The notes: generated by a model not told the origin, from the letters alone. DNA of 64,000 bases from Candidatus Hermodarchaeota archaeon (GCA_048885525.1 JBHLLP010000012.1:5721-69720), one strand, 5' to 3'; shown: positions 10,168 through 20,246, numbered from the stretch's first letter. Program-made: numbers and translations.

Positions 10168-11307
10168 ATGAAGATCACGAAGTTACCTATTTTTATATTA
10201 ATATTTAGTTTTGGTTTTCTATTTACTAATATTAGCATTCCAATAGGAGTAAGTATGACCCATTTCGATAATATACATGGATCCTGTAGTATTTTTACCG
10301 CTGCAATTGGAGATACAGTACTTTTTGGTAATAATGAGGATTACCTTCTTGATGGAACATATATGTGGTTTTTTCCAAGTCAGAAGCTTGAGACTTCCAA
10401 TGGAATAATGCAAACATATGGAGCAGTATTTTTTGGTTTTGATAATAATGATCATCCTGCTGATGGATATGTACAAGGAGGGATGAACGATAAGGGTTTA
10501 TGTTGGGATGGGAATGGATTACCAGTTCTTCCCATGATTCCACACCCAGAACGAGAAGACACACATCAATATTTTCATTTTTTCATGGAAATTTTATGGG
10601 AATGTAGTACTGTTAATGAAACAATTGAATGGTATGAATCTCATTATCTCGGTGATGCTATTGCATGTCAGATGCATTTTGCTGACGCCACAGGGGATGC
10701 CGTAGTTATTAGCAGAGGACTTGATGGTGAGTTGGCTTTTACACGAATAAGTAACTCAACCCATTTAATTTCTACTAATTTTAATTTAGCAGATTATTCA
10801 AATGGATGGTATCCTTGTACACGATATTCTGCGGTAGATTTTTATCTTGAAAGCCTTTCTTCTGAAGAAGATCTCACTGTTAGTTACTGTGAGCATATAT
10901 TGGATGTTGTATCTACTTCTCAAACCTCATATAGCAACATTTTTGACCTTCCTCGGCGCGATATTTATGTATATTATGAAAGTAGTTTTAATAGAGTTGA
11001 GAAACTAAATCTTGATGAAGAATTAGAAAATTTAACTACTGGAATGAATGGAGAACCTACTACACTTGGTTATAATACCTGGATTTTAGGGAATCTTACT
11101 TCAAATGCGATTCGAATTGGAGATCTTTTTCCATCTCAATATCCTTGGTTTCCTGAAACTCCAGATCCAGAAAATGTCTCACTAAATCCTTGGCTTTTAA
11201 TTCCATTCATTTTTGGAATAGGCAGTCTAACAGTTGGTGCAGTTACTGCAAGTATTTTTGGCTCTAAACGTCTTATAAGGTATTTCAAAAAACATAGAAT
11301 TGAATAA
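10168..11307 (+). CDS. Secreted, C-terminally membrane-anchored Ntn-hydrolase-like protein, paralog B
   Basis: 379 aa. SCSIFTAAIGDTVLFGNNEDY, HFADATGDAVVIS, STNFN, SYSNIFD, NGEPTTLG and the tail LIRYFKKHRIE are all shared with 1430-2581. Confidence 0.5.
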   Translation: MKITKLPIFILIFSFGFLFTNISIPIGVSMTHFDNIHGSCSIFTAAIGDTVLFGNNEDYLLDGTYMWFFPSQKLETSNGIMQTYGAVFFGFDNNDHPADGYVQGGMNDKGLCWDGNGLPVLPMIPHPEREDTHQYFHFFMEILWECSTVNETIEWYESHYLGDAIACQMHFADATGDAVVISRGLDGELAFTRISNSTHLISTNFNLADYSNGWYPCTRYSAVDFYLESLSSEEDLTVSYCEHILDVVSTSQTSYSNIFDLPRRDIYVYYESSFNRVEKLNLDEELENLTTGMNGEPTTLGYNTWILGNLTSNAIRIGDLFPSQYPWFPETPDPENVSLNPWLLIPFIFGIGSLTVGAVTASIFGSKRLIRYFKKHRIE

Positions 11308-11412
11308 AATATAATAGAGATTTTATGTTAATTACTGGACTCCATTTTATTAATTTATGTTAATTTATTACTCTTCTTTAAAGAGGATATAAGACAAATA
11401 AGGATTTGCAAA

Positions 11413-11877
11413 ATGAAAAAATTAGAATTGAAAGATGTAATTGATACAACCCTTCCTGAAAATGAAATCTTTGATAGAATCATGGAGTTTTTTAGTCAAA
11501 ACCAAATTAAAATAAAACAATTGAATAAAAAAAGTGTGATTGGTATGTATGGTTCTAGATTAAAAGCTCACACAAGAGGCATTCGAGCTGATTCGTCAAT
11601 TTTACCTGTAAAGATTACGATTAATTTACAAGATAAGGAGAACGCTACAGAATTGAGTATTCTTATGAAAAAAGGGTACATTGGAATACCTCCGTTAGGG
11701 TTAAATAAGAAATATCTAATAATATTTGCAAGGTTAATGAATAGTTTAAAATTACAATTTTATAAACAAATGTACCTAAAAAAAGAAATAAGTAAATGTA
11801 GTAATTGTGGTAAGGATATTCTTTATGAAAATCAAAGATTCTGTGAATTGTGCGGTATCGACTTATTAGAAACTTAA
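11413..11877 (+). CDS. Hypothetical protein with C-terminal zinc ribbon
   Basis: 154 aa. C-terminal CSNCGKDILYENQRFCELCG (CxxC-N10-CxxC). Confidence 0.5.
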   Translation: MKKLELKDVIDTTLPENEIFDRIMEFFSQNQIKIKQLNKKSVIGMYGSRLKAHTRGIRADSSILPVKITINLQDKENATELSILMKKGYIGIPPLGLNKKYLIIFARLMNSLKLQFYKQMYLKKEISKCSNCGKDILYENQRFCELCGIDLLET

Positions 11878-11934
11878 TATCACATTAAATCTTATTCTTT
11901 TATCTTTAACGATATTCAAATTATTTAACAACTA

Positions 11935-12861
11935 TTATAATTTTAACTCCCATTGTTCTTCGGTTAAATCTTGCCCCCATATACAATGAGTTTTTGATTC
12001 TACTAATTGAAATCCATACTTTTCATATAATTTCCGCGCTATTATAAGATAACTAAATGTCCCTAAAATAACTTTTTGATAACCTCGATTTTTACAAAAA
12101 CTTAGAGCTTCAAGCACTAATTTATTGCCGATTCCTTTATTACGTTCATGAGGTTCAACAAGTAGCCAACGTAATTGTGCGATTTTCTCTTCAAATTTCA
12201 CAATGGCAATCGAACCGATAATCTCAGTTCCCTTCTCTACAATCCACAAAGATTCTTTAAAGGGATCATAGTTTTCAATAAATTTTGCCATGTATTTAGC
12301 CACATAAGCTTCAAATGTTTCATCAAGCTGATATTCATTAGCATAAATCACTCCATGTCGATACGTAATATATCCAATATCACCAGGTTTGTGAGAACGT
12401 ATACTATAAAATTTTGATTTCTCTGTCTCAGGCTTTAAAATTCTTTCAATAGTTCCCATAGCAGCAACAAGTCGATTCTTATCCTCATCTGTTATATTAT
12501 CAAGCAGCGTTTTAATTTGTTCATTTGCTTTTTCTTGTAGTTCTGAAATAAGTTCTTGCCCTTTAGAAGTTAATGAAAGCAATTGTTTACGCATATCGTT
12601 GGTTGATTGCTCTTTTCGAATTAAATCTTTCTTTTCAAAACTACTTAATATTCGACTAAGATAAGCTGGATCTAGATTAAGCAGTTTGACAAGTTCAGTC
12701 GCAGTTGAGGTTGATAAACGATTAAGTTCGAACATAATTCTCACCTCAGTTAAAGAATGCGCACTCTTTAATAGGGTTCTATCTAGGAGCCCTAGCAAAT
12801 TAGTATAGAACCGATTAAAACTTCGTATTTTTGCAATTCTTTCTAAATTAGTTTTCATCAT
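11935..12861 (-). CDS. MarR-family winged-helix regulator fused to GNAT N-acetyltransferase
   Basis: N-terminal MarR-like wHTH (SLTEVRIMFELNRLSTSTATELVKLLNLDPAYLSRILSSFEKKDLI). C-terminal GNAT motif A (RWLLVEPHERNKGIGNKLVLEAL). The track start TTG 12909 adds 16 aa; ATG-ATG at 12861/12858 (MMKTNLERI) looks more plausible. Confidence 0.75.
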   Translation of the reverse strand: MMKTNLERIAKIRSFNRFYTNLLGLLDRTLLKSAHSLTEVRIMFELNRLSTSTATELVKLLNLDPAYLSRILSSFEKKDLIRKEQSTNDMRKQLLSLTSKGQELISELQEKANEQIKTLLDNITDEDKNRLVAAMGTIERILKPETEKSKFYSIRSHKPGDIGYITYRHGVIYANEYQLDETFEAYVAKYMAKFIENYDPFKESLWIVEKGTEIIGSIAIVKFEEKIAQLRWLLVEPHERNKGIGNKLVLEALSFCKNRGYQKVILGTFSYLIIARKLYEKYGFQLVESKTHCIWGQDLTEEQWELKL

Positions 12862-12914
12862 TCTATATCTAATAAAATGATTTTTGAATTTAAATCTTGA
12901 CAAAATCAACTAAA

Positions 12915-12933
12915 TACTTGATATTATCAAGTA
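12915..12933. promoter_or_regulatory. Perfect 19-bp palindrome, candidate MarR operator
   Basis: TACTTGATA-T-TATCAAGTA lies 54 nt upstream of ATG 12861 in the divergent MarR-GNAT / MglA-like intergenic region. Confidence 0.4.
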
Positions 12934-13083
12934 GTTTTTTATTATAAAAATTCCAATTTTATAGAATAAGGGCTTGTTTTACCATTTTTATATGATGTAT
13001 CTTCGGATAAACAAATCTTTTTTCAACTCCTGTAATCTCATTAAAAAATTGGTTTTTAAAAATGTACTTTTAGAAGTATATTC

Positions 13084-13677
13084 ATGATTATAGATCACTG
13101 TGATAAAACACTCAGCATAAAAATAGTGTATTTTGGACCCGCATATTCGGGTAAGACTACTTCCATTAAATCATTATTCTCCCATTTTGGAAAGGGTGAT
13201 GCGCTGCAAAGCATCGAAAGTACAGTTAAAAGAACCTTATTTTTTGATTATGGTACAATTACTTTCCAAAATGAAGAATGGAGGTTGAAGCTTCACATTT
13301 ATACTACAACTGGTCAGGATTTCTATTTAATAACCAGACCAATTACTTTACGAGCAGTTGATGGCATTATACTTGTGCTGGACTCTCAAGAGGATGTATA
13401 TGAACGTAACCTTACATCATGGAATGAACTTCTATCATATTTTAGAGATTGTATCGAAGATATTCCTATAATAATTGCATTTAACAAACAGGATTTACCA
13501 GATAAATTTAATCCAAGAAATTTCTTAACAGAGATTGATTTTGATAAATATAAGAATATGGATTCACGATATACTATTGCAGTTAGTGGAGAGGGAATAC
13601 TTGATTGTTTTGAGGATATATTAAGATTGGTATTAAGGAAGTTTTGCAAACATCGATTAATTTCAACTATAAACTGA
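13084..13677 (+). CDS. MglA-family small GTPase
   Basis: 197 aa. KIVYFGPAYSGKTTS (MglA: KIVYYGPGLCGKTT), RTLFFDY, IYTTTGQDFY (MglA: LYTVPGQVFY), VDGIILVLDSQ, FNKQDLP. Comparison is to the Myxococcus MglA sequence as I recall it. Confidence 0.8.
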   Translation: MIIDHCDKTLSIKIVYFGPAYSGKTTSIKSLFSHFGKGDALQSIESTVKRTLFFDYGTITFQNEEWRLKLHIYTTTGQDFYLITRPITLRAVDGIILVLDSQEDVYERNLTSWNELLSYFRDCIEDIPIIIAFNKQDLPDKFNPRNFLTEIDFDKYKNMDSRYTIAVSGEGILDCFEDILRLVLRKFCKHRLISTIN

Positions 13678-13680
13678 TAC

Positions 13681-14607
13681 TTAATTTTCTGATTCAGCTG
13701 CTCGGTTAATGAGGTCTTTTATCCATGTAAATTTTGCAGGATTGTGTTTCATGGTTTCTCTAAGTAGCTCTTGAGCTTTATCATTATTGGGTTCAATTTC
13801 TAACAAGTAATTACAAAAATCCAATGCCATTTCATAGAACTCAAGTTCATAAGAGATTGATGCCAAATTAAATAAAGCATTTACATCGGATGGGTTTTCT
13901 AATACAACTATATTAAGATTTTTATTAATTTCCATATACGCTTCAATATACTTCAGTACCTTTTCTGCTGGTTCGATAATTTTCTCGTGACCTTCGCAAA
14001 GAATATCAATTGCAAGGTTACGGTTTAATAATTTCTTCATTGAGTTAATATAAATTTCTAAATTCCCTCCTTGAAAATTAATAGCTATCCCTGGTAGGTC
14101 TCCAGCAAAAAGGATCCTTTTATCATCCGTTTCTAAAAGATATGCTACAGATCCCGGAGTATGTCCTGGAATGTGAATACATTTAAACTCATAATTTCCA
14201 AATCTTAAAATCTCATTATCATTTTTCAGTATTCTATTAATTTTAACGGGTTCATATTTATAATCTGGAAATATTTGTTCAATATTAGGATTTCTTATCT
14301 TTAGCTCATTATCTTCAGCATCTAGCTCATGGGCATAAAATTTGATATTCGTATTAAATTCTTTAAGTTTATAACATATACCATAATGGTCTATATGACC
14401 ATGTGTAATAAGACAGTGCTTAATATCTTTCAAATCAAACCCTTCTTTCTCTATAACTTGTATCGGTTCAATATCCAATCCCGCGTCTATCAATACTAAC
14501 CCATCATCACTTTTAGTATCGACCATGTAAACACAACACCCTCGAACATTAGGGTCATATGGTTTAACAATATACACATTATCTACGATGGTTTTCATTT
14601 TCACCAT
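13681..14607 (-). CDS. MBL-fold metallo-hydrolase with C-terminal TPR-like helical domain
   Basis: 308 aa. LITHGHIDHYG (HxHxDH), HIPGHTPGS, and a C-terminal helical repeat (YEMALDFCNYLLEIEPNNDKAQELL). Confidence 0.75.
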   Translation of the reverse strand: MVKMKTIVDNVYIVKPYDPNVRGCCVYMVDTKSDDGLVLIDAGLDIEPIQVIEKEGFDLKDIKHCLITHGHIDHYGICYKLKEFNTNIKFYAHELDAEDNELKIRNPNIEQIFPDYKYEPVKINRILKNDNEILRFGNYEFKCIHIPGHTPGSVAYLLETDDKRILFAGDLPGIAINFQGGNLEIYINSMKKLLNRNLAIDILCEGHEKIIEPAEKVLKYIEAYMEINKNLNIVVLENPSDVNALFNLASISYELEFYEMALDFCNYLLEIEPNNDKAQELLRETMKHNPAKFTWIKDLINRAAESEN

Positions 14608-14797
14608 TAATTCATCTTTGATTTAAAGTGAAGTTAAATATTTATTTTATTTTAAAAGACTTTGGATAATACTGATTTTTTGTGGAGATATTGAGCCTAA
14701 TATTCTGATTTTTTCAAAATTTTAAGTAGAATAAATCTTTCTTAGTATTAATTTTGAAATAGCAAAACTAATAAAAATTAGTTTAAGGGCGGTTTTT

Positions 14798-15973
14798 GTG
14801 AAGTTTATTGAAGAAACTTGCGAACAATGTGGAAATTGTCTTTTTGAGTGTCCATTTTTAAAATTATCACGAGAGAGTGCTAAGGAAGCGATAATCCATA
14901 TGATTGATAAAAGAATGAAGAATGAATCACTAAAGAACTGTATAGGATGTGGATATTGCGATAATGTCTGCCCTACAAATTCAAACCCTAGTGAACTTAT
15001 AAAAGAAATAAATGTAAAAGAGATTAGTAATCGAGGCTTACCACGTTTCTATTTTATTTCTGAAGAAATTCCTTTTAATTCAGCTACAATTGCTATGCAA
15101 ATCGAAACTAAAACAAAAGAAAAAAAACTTAGAGAATACCTAAATCCACCCAAAAGTGAAGAAATGTTTTATCTCGGATGTAGTCTTTCTTATATCCAAA
15201 CAGATTTACTAAACACCAGATTATTAGAAGGATTACCAAAAATAGGGGGAGCAAAATATTGTTGTGGGGGCATTGTAACTTATTTTGGTGATGAAGAAGT
15301 TAAAATAAAAGGTAAAGCATTATTAGAGGAATTCACTCGACTTGGCGTTAAAAAATTAATAATGTTCTGTCCTGGATGTTTAGGAATGATGAAAGGAGTT
15401 TATTCAAATCTTTTACCGGAGTTTAGGAATAGTATCGAATTTCAGACGTTTAGTCAATATCTTATAGAGAAGTATCATAAGGATGAAATTCGATTTACCA
15501 CTAAAATTAATGAAAGGATAACATTTCATGATCCTTGTGCTTGGGTTGGTTTAGATGAAGAGGTCTTTAACGCTCCACGTGAATTACTGGAAATACTAGG
15601 TTATGAGGTAGTAGAAATGAAACATAATAGAAAAATGACTTTATGTTGCGCAGCTTCAGTTTCAGATTCAAATAAAGAGCTATATAACGAAATTTCAGGA
15701 ATGAGAATTGCAGAAGCTGAAGAGATTGATGCTAAAAGGATGGTTGTTAGTTGTACTGGATGCTTATCCTTAGCAAAACCGGCACGAGAAAGGAATATAG
15801 AAACATATCATATGTTAGAATTAGCTCAAATGGCAATCGGTGAAAAACCAGCTCATAGAACGATTGAATTAAGGGAAAACTATAAAAAACTTCTTACAAA
15901 AACAATAAAGGAAAACCCAAATCTACTTAAAGATAAAGTAATAATCAAGAATGGAAAAATCCAACACTTATAG
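14798..15973 (+). CDS. HdrD/GlpC-like Fe-S oxidoreductase (2x[4Fe-4S] ferredoxin domain + two CCG domains)
   Basis: 391 aa, GTG start. CEQCGNCLFECP and CIGCGYCDNVCP, then Cys-rich CCG-type segments (YLGCSLSY, KYCCGG, MFCPGC; HDPCAW, LCCAAS, SCTGC). Confidence 0.7.
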   Translation: MKFIEETCEQCGNCLFECPFLKLSRESAKEAIIHMIDKRMKNESLKNCIGCGYCDNVCPTNSNPSELIKEINVKEISNRGLPRFYFISEEIPFNSATIAMQIETKTKEKKLREYLNPPKSEEMFYLGCSLSYIQTDLLNTRLLEGLPKIGGAKYCCGGIVTYFGDEEVKIKGKALLEEFTRLGVKKLIMFCPGCLGMMKGVYSNLLPEFRNSIEFQTFSQYLIEKYHKDEIRFTTKINERITFHDPCAWVGLDEEVFNAPRELLEILGYEVVEMKHNRKMTLCCAASVSDSNKELYNEISGMRIAEAEEIDAKRMVVSCTGCLSLAKPARERNIETYHMLELAQMAIGEKPAHRTIELRENYKKLLTKTIKENPNLLKDKVIIKNGKIQHL

Positions 15974-15982
15974 ATGTCTTGT

Positions 15983-16648
15983 TTATTTTTTCCATTCAGT
16001 TTTTTCAATAGGATACAAATAATCTAAGATTAATCTAATAGGTAACAACATCATTCCTCCATAATATGGATTTTCATCGCTTTTACTCTCTACTTCATCA
16101 GGAATTTCTTTATATAATGCACGTGTCTTTTTATAAAACAAGGTTGCATTTTCAGGAGTATAAAATGCAATTGAATGATAAGAAGTTCTATTTTCTTTAA
16201 ACATCTTTTTAAAAATGCTAATTACGTTCTCCAAATTTCCCATATCAATCTCTTTTTCCAAGGATCCTAGGAAATCAATCCAGTTTTTTAGAATACTTTG
16301 GTTTAAAACAGCAAAAGATCTTAGAGTTTCAATTTTAGATCTGCAATATTCTTCACTGAATTTCTCTGGTTTTATTATTTCCGAGTCTTTTTCAATCCAA
16401 GAATAATACTTTCTATAAATATTGCTACGAGATTTTTCTTCACGAGATACTTTTACAAATCCTGCATCCATCATTTTTTTTAGATGCTCATAAATTGTAC
16501 TTTTAGATTTACCCATTCTTTTACTTAAATCTAATATACTTAATTCTCTGTATATAATTAAAAAATTGCATATTTGAAATCGCGTTTTAGAGCGTAAGAT
16601 ATCGGTTATAGATAGTTTCTCAGATTTTTGTTTTACTTTTTTTGTCAA
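15983..16648 (-). CDS. ArsR-like winged-helix transcriptional regulator with C-terminal extension
   Basis: 221 aa, TTG start. KTRFQICNFLIIYRELSILDLSKRMGKSKSTIYEHLKKMMDAGFV. Divergent from the MFS transporter gene. Confidence 0.6.
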   Translation of the reverse strand: MTKKVKQKSEKLSITDILRSKTRFQICNFLIIYRELSILDLSKRMGKSKSTIYEHLKKMMDAGFVKVSREEKSRSNIYRKYYSWIEKDSEIIKPEKFSEEYCRSKIETLRSFAVLNQSILKNWIDFLGSLEKEIDMGNLENVISIFKKMFKENRTSYHSIAFYTPENATLFYKKTRALYKEIPDEVESKSDENPYYGGMMLLPIRLILDYLYPIEKTEWKK

Positions 16649-16670
16649 ATAACCACCTTATGAGAAATTA

Positions 16671-16742
16671 TTAAATGATTGGTTTCGTTAGAAAAAAACG
16701 AACATTTAAATGATCGGTTTATTTATAATAAAACGATCGTTT
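16671..16742. promoter_or_regulatory. Operator-like repeats in the ArsR-like / MFS divergent intergenic region
   Basis: Direct repeat TTAAATGAT(T/C)GGTTT at 16671-16685 and 16706-16720. Inverted repeat TTCGTT-N7-AACGAA at 16684-16702. Perfect palindrome AAACGATCGTTT at 16731-16742. The CG-containing half-sites stand out in an AT-rich spacer. Confidence 0.4.
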
Positions 16743-16792
16743 GGAATAATATAAATTTTCCCACTAAAAGGAAAATAATAGATTGAAAGATA

Positions 16793-18049
16793 ATGCTAAA
16801 AAAAGAATTAGAGAAAACTGAATCAATAGAAATTATTGCTAGTAATCAAAAGTTCACAAGTTATATTCTTTTTTGGGTTGGCCAGTTAATTTCATTGTTA
16901 GGCTCATCAATAGTGCAATTTGCGATAATTTGGTGGATTACTCTTGAAACAGAAAGTGCAGTTTTTCTATCGATTGCCGCAGTTATTACATTTCTCCCAC
17001 AAGTTATTATCATTCCTATTGCTGGGGTATTTGCTGATAAATGGAATCGGAGATTAGCTCTCATTGCAATAGACTTTTCACAAGCATTCTTCACATTTAT
17101 CTTACTCTTAATATTTCTTGGAGGAGGTGGGACAGTGTGGATAGTTGTTTTATTCAATTGTATTCGTAGTATTTTTCAAGCATTCCACATGCCCACGGTT
17201 GACGCTATTGTCCCAGCTATGGTTCCAAAAGAAAAATTGACTCGGATAAATAGTTTTAATAATCTTTTTACTGGTTTAATTAGATTTATTGGTCCTATTA
17301 TTGGTGCGATTGTAACCGCTTTTTGGTCATTAGATAAAATTCTTTGGATTGATGTAATAACATTTATCATAGCAGTAATTCCTTTGTTATTTATATCAAT
17401 ACCCTCTGTTGAAAAACACCAAGAAAAGGAAGAAGATTATTCATTCATAAAGGAATTTAAAGAGGGTATTGGTTTATTAAAAACTACACCTGGTTTTCTT
17501 ATACTAGCACTCTGGTCGCTCTTAATGAATTTTCTTTCAGTTCCTTTCGTTACTTTATTGCCATATTTTGTAAAGGTCACACATTTCGGAACAGAATCTC
17601 ATTTTGCTATGCTATTGGTGTTTCTACAAGCAGGTTCAATAGTGGGGGCTTTAGTTATTTCTATTAAAAAAGACTGGAGTAAGAAAATATTAATTATAAT
17701 GGGGGGGAGTACTATAACATTTATAGGTTACTTTTTTGTGTCGTTAGCACCAACAGGATTATTTCTAATGATGGGAATAGGGGAATTTATTATAGGGTTC
17801 ACTTTAGCTACTGGACTCCCTGTATATTTTACCATTTTACAAACAGCTGTTCCTCCTGATAAACAAGGTAGAATATTTTCAATTGATGCAACATTATCTT
17901 TTGCTATAATGCCTTTTGGAATGTTAGTAGCAGGTCCATTAGCTAATTTGATGGGAATTGTCAATTTCTTTGTTTTACTCTCTTTTTTAGGGATTTCTGT
18001 TAGTCTAGGAACTTATTTCCTTACAGGAATTAGAAAAATAAAATATTGA
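16793..18049 (+). CDS. MFS transporter (12-TM, efflux-type)
   Basis: 418 aa, about 12 hydrophobic helices. GVFADKWNRR loop motif between TM2 and TM3, typical of MFS. Confidence 0.75.
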   Translation: MLKKELEKTESIEIIASNQKFTSYILFWVGQLISLLGSSIVQFAIIWWITLETESAVFLSIAAVITFLPQVIIIPIAGVFADKWNRRLALIAIDFSQAFFTFILLLIFLGGGGTVWIVVLFNCIRSIFQAFHMPTVDAIVPAMVPKEKLTRINSFNNLFTGLIRFIGPIIGAIVTAFWSLDKILWIDVITFIIAVIPLLFISIPSVEKHQEKEEDYSFIKEFKEGIGLLKTTPGFLILALWSLLMNFLSVPFVTLLPYFVKVTHFGTESHFAMLLVFLQAGSIVGALVISIKKDWSKKILIIMGGSTITFIGYFFVSLAPTGLFLMMGIGEFIIGFTLATGLPVYFTILQTAVPPDKQGRIFSIDATLSFAIMPFGMLVAGPLANLMGIVNFFVLLSFLGISVSLGTYFLTGIRKIKY

Positions 18050-18057
18050 AAAGATGT

Positions 18058-18522
18058 TTATATTATTCGACCTTCAGATTGTGACACTTTGATAGGACGA
18101 AGAACTACACATACCCGTTCAACACTTTTCACATCAGCACGGGCACGAAATGATTCTATTAATGCATCTAGTTCAACAATTTCAGGTACATTCACTTTCA
18201 CTAAAACCCCACATTCCCCCGCAAGAAAATAGACTTCTTCACATTGAGGAAGAATCTGTGCTTCTCTCAATAACTCTTTAGTCTCGGCTTGAGTTTTTGG
18301 AATAAGTGTAAGGAATGCAATAATACATCTTTCATCTTCACGGCAGATCTTTATTGTAAATTTTTCAATTACACCTTCCTCTTGAAGCTTAATAACCCTT
18401 TTTCTCACGGTTGATTCAGATAATTGAACATTTGGATCTGCTGCGATTTCGTGGTATGGTCTCCTAGAATCCTCAAGGAGCATTTCAAGTATTCTTTTAT
18501 CTTTATCATCAAGATTTTTCAT
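18058..18522 (-). CDS. Lrp/AsnC family transcriptional regulator
   Basis: 154 aa. DDKDKRILEMLLEDSRRPYHEIAADPNVQLSESTVRKRVIKLQEEGVI HTH plus a RAM-type C-terminal domain. Lies 74 nt downstream of metF on the same strand. Confidence 0.8.
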   Translation of the reverse strand: MKNLDDKDKRILEMLLEDSRRPYHEIAADPNVQLSESTVRKRVIKLQEEGVIEKFTIKICREDERCIIAFLTLIPKTQAETKELLREAQILPQCEEVYFLAGECGVLVKVNVPEIVELDALIESFRARADVKSVERVCVVLRPIKVSQSEGRII

Positions 18523-18596
18523 AATTCTTCCTCATGCTTATTATTTAAAATTAAAAAAATATAAAATTTGATAAAAAAATTTTTATTATCTGTTAC

Positions 18597-19550
18597 TTAT
18601 TTTACATATTCTGGATAATCTCCCAGAAGGGGTGCGAAAAGTCTTTCGTATTCTACTGCCATACAATGAATACCCGCAGCTTTAGTAGTTTTTTTGATTT
18701 CATCTATAAATGGTTTGAAATATTCGATATTAATTTTATCGATAGCCGCATATTTAGCCGGTTTGTTTCCTTTGTTATCTTTCTCTGCTTTCTTAAGGGA
18801 TTTAAGAAGTTCCTTTGGTACCGAGACTCCTGGAATAAAATTATCGAAATACCATGCAATCCCATGCGATTTTAAGGGAAAGACGCCCAACAAAACAGGA
18901 ACATTAAATTGCTCAAGTTCTTTGAGAAATTCTTTTGCTTGGTCTATATCAAATGCAGTCTGTGTTTGGATGAAATCAACACCTTTTTCTACTTTACGGC
19001 CTACTTTGAGGATCTCGGGTTCGCGTGGGTTACTATTAGGGTTTGCGACACATCCAAAATTCATCTCTATTTTACCACCTTCAAGTTCATTACCTTCATA
19101 ATCAGTACCTTCATCAATCATTATAGAGAGCATTTCAGCAAACTGAGTACTATCGATATCATATACTGGACGGCCTTTTTTATGATCTCCAAGTGCTGTA
19201 TGGTCTCCTGTAAGTGTAAGAATATTTTTTAATCCAAGAACGGCTCCCGCGATGACATCACCAAAGAGAGCAACGCGGTTTCTGTCTCTTACGGTTACTT
19301 GCCACACAGCTTCAATGTTTGCTTTTTCTTGAACAAGATAACTTGGTACCATTGAAGACATATAGGCATCACCTTGGGGACCATCTGTTACGTTGGCAGC
19401 TACTATCCTACCTGTTTTTTTCATCTCTTTAGCAGAATGAATAATTTCATCAAGGCTTAAGATTTTTTTAGGCTCAAGTTCTCCAGTAAACACAAAATGG
19501 CCGGCCTCAATTGCTTTACATAAATTGCTATATGCTGTTCTTTTTGCCAT
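18597..19550 (-). CDS. metF: Methylenetetrahydrofolate reductase, acetogen/MetFV type
   Basis: 317 aa. FTGELEPKK, ANVTDGPQG, TVRDRNRVAL, NILTLTGDH. The start abuts the metV stop with no spacer. Confidence 0.8.
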   Translation of the reverse strand: MAKRTAYSNLCKAIEAGHFVFTGELEPKKILSLDEIIHSAKEMKKTGRIVAANVTDGPQGDAYMSSMVPSYLVQEKANIEAVWQVTVRDRNRVALFGDVIAGAVLGLKNILTLTGDHTALGDHKKGRPVYDIDSTQFAEMLSIMIDEGTDYEGNELEGGKIEMNFGCVANPNSNPREPEILKVGRKVEKGVDFIQTQTAFDIDQAKEFLKELEQFNVPVLLGVFPLKSHGIAWYFDNFIPGVSVPKELLKSLKKAEKDNKGNKPAKYAAIDKINIEYFKPFIDEIKKTTKAAGIHCMAVEYERLFAPLLGDYPEYVK

Positions 19551-20246
19551 TTATTTGCTCTCCTCCTTTTTTTCTTCAATATTAGTATAATCTTTGTAAA
19601 TATTGTTATATCCTGGGCTTGTTGAGGTTCTAAAATCTCTTGGACCTCTATATTTTTTGAAAAGATCGATTCTACCAAATTCTTTTAACCGTTGCCAAAT
19701 ACTTACCCATGCACAAGGAATTGTATATCCACCAACTTCACACATTCCTTCAACCATTCCTCCACAAGGACCGTTACTCAAATGTTTAGCACATCCTGCT
19801 CGAGGACATATCCCACCAGTCTCACCAATTATACAATCTCCACAAGATTCACAGAATTCGATATAATTATTTTGACTGTTGTCTTGAGCTCCACCGAACA
19901 TACTGTTTTGAGCAGGGTATGTTAAAATCTTCGGAAGAACTCTGTTCATCATAACAACACCAAGACCGCACGCTAGAGTAACTATAGCATCAAAATCCTC
20001 TTCATAAGGACGACATGTCGTGGCAGCAATCCTATCATCGCATTGTCGTAGAACTGTTATTGCTTTCCATTTTAATTCTTTACCTTCAGTTCTAGCTTTT
20101 AATTCTAAAAGTTGTCCTAGCACCTTTGCTTCATTAAGCGATCGAGGAGGTTGGCAACAACCGTCGCAACCAGTAATTAAAATCTTATTGTATGGCTTTA
20201 TTAGCTCATATATTTCGCTTATATCTTTTTGTTGCGTAATTATCAT
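19551..20246 (-). CDS. metV: MetV, Cys-rich MTHFR small subunit (MTHFR C-terminal-like domain)
   Basis: 231 aa. ITGCDGCCQP, LACGLG, FCESCGDCIIGETGGICPRAGCAKHLSNGPCGG, as in Moorella-type MetV. Confidence 0.7.
   Translation of the reverse strand: MIITQQKDISEIYELIKPYNKILITGCDGCCQPPRSLNEAKVLGQLLELKARTEGKELKWKAITVLRQCDDRIAATTCRPYEEDFDAIVTLACGLGVVMMNRVLPKILTYPAQNSMFGGAQDNSQNNYIEFCESCGDCIIGETGGICPRAGCAKHLSNGPCGGMVEGMCEVGGYTIPCAWVSIWQRLKEFGRIDLFKKYRGPRDFRTSTSPGYNNIYKDYTNIEEKKEESK

Noticed and set aside
12862-12909. TTG-initiated extension of the MarR-GNAT ORF
   Set aside because: The tandem ATG at 12861/12858 gives an N-terminus typical of MarR proteins and leaves room for the palindrome and promoter. 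The longer form remains possible.
14765-14784. AAACTAAT-AAAA-ATTAGTTT perfect inverted repeat 13 nt upstream of the HdrD-like GTG start
   Set aside because: It is composed almost only of A/T. In about 30% GC DNA, 8+8 palindromes are expected by chance a few times per window, and there is no adjacent regulator to link it to. It was noted but not called.
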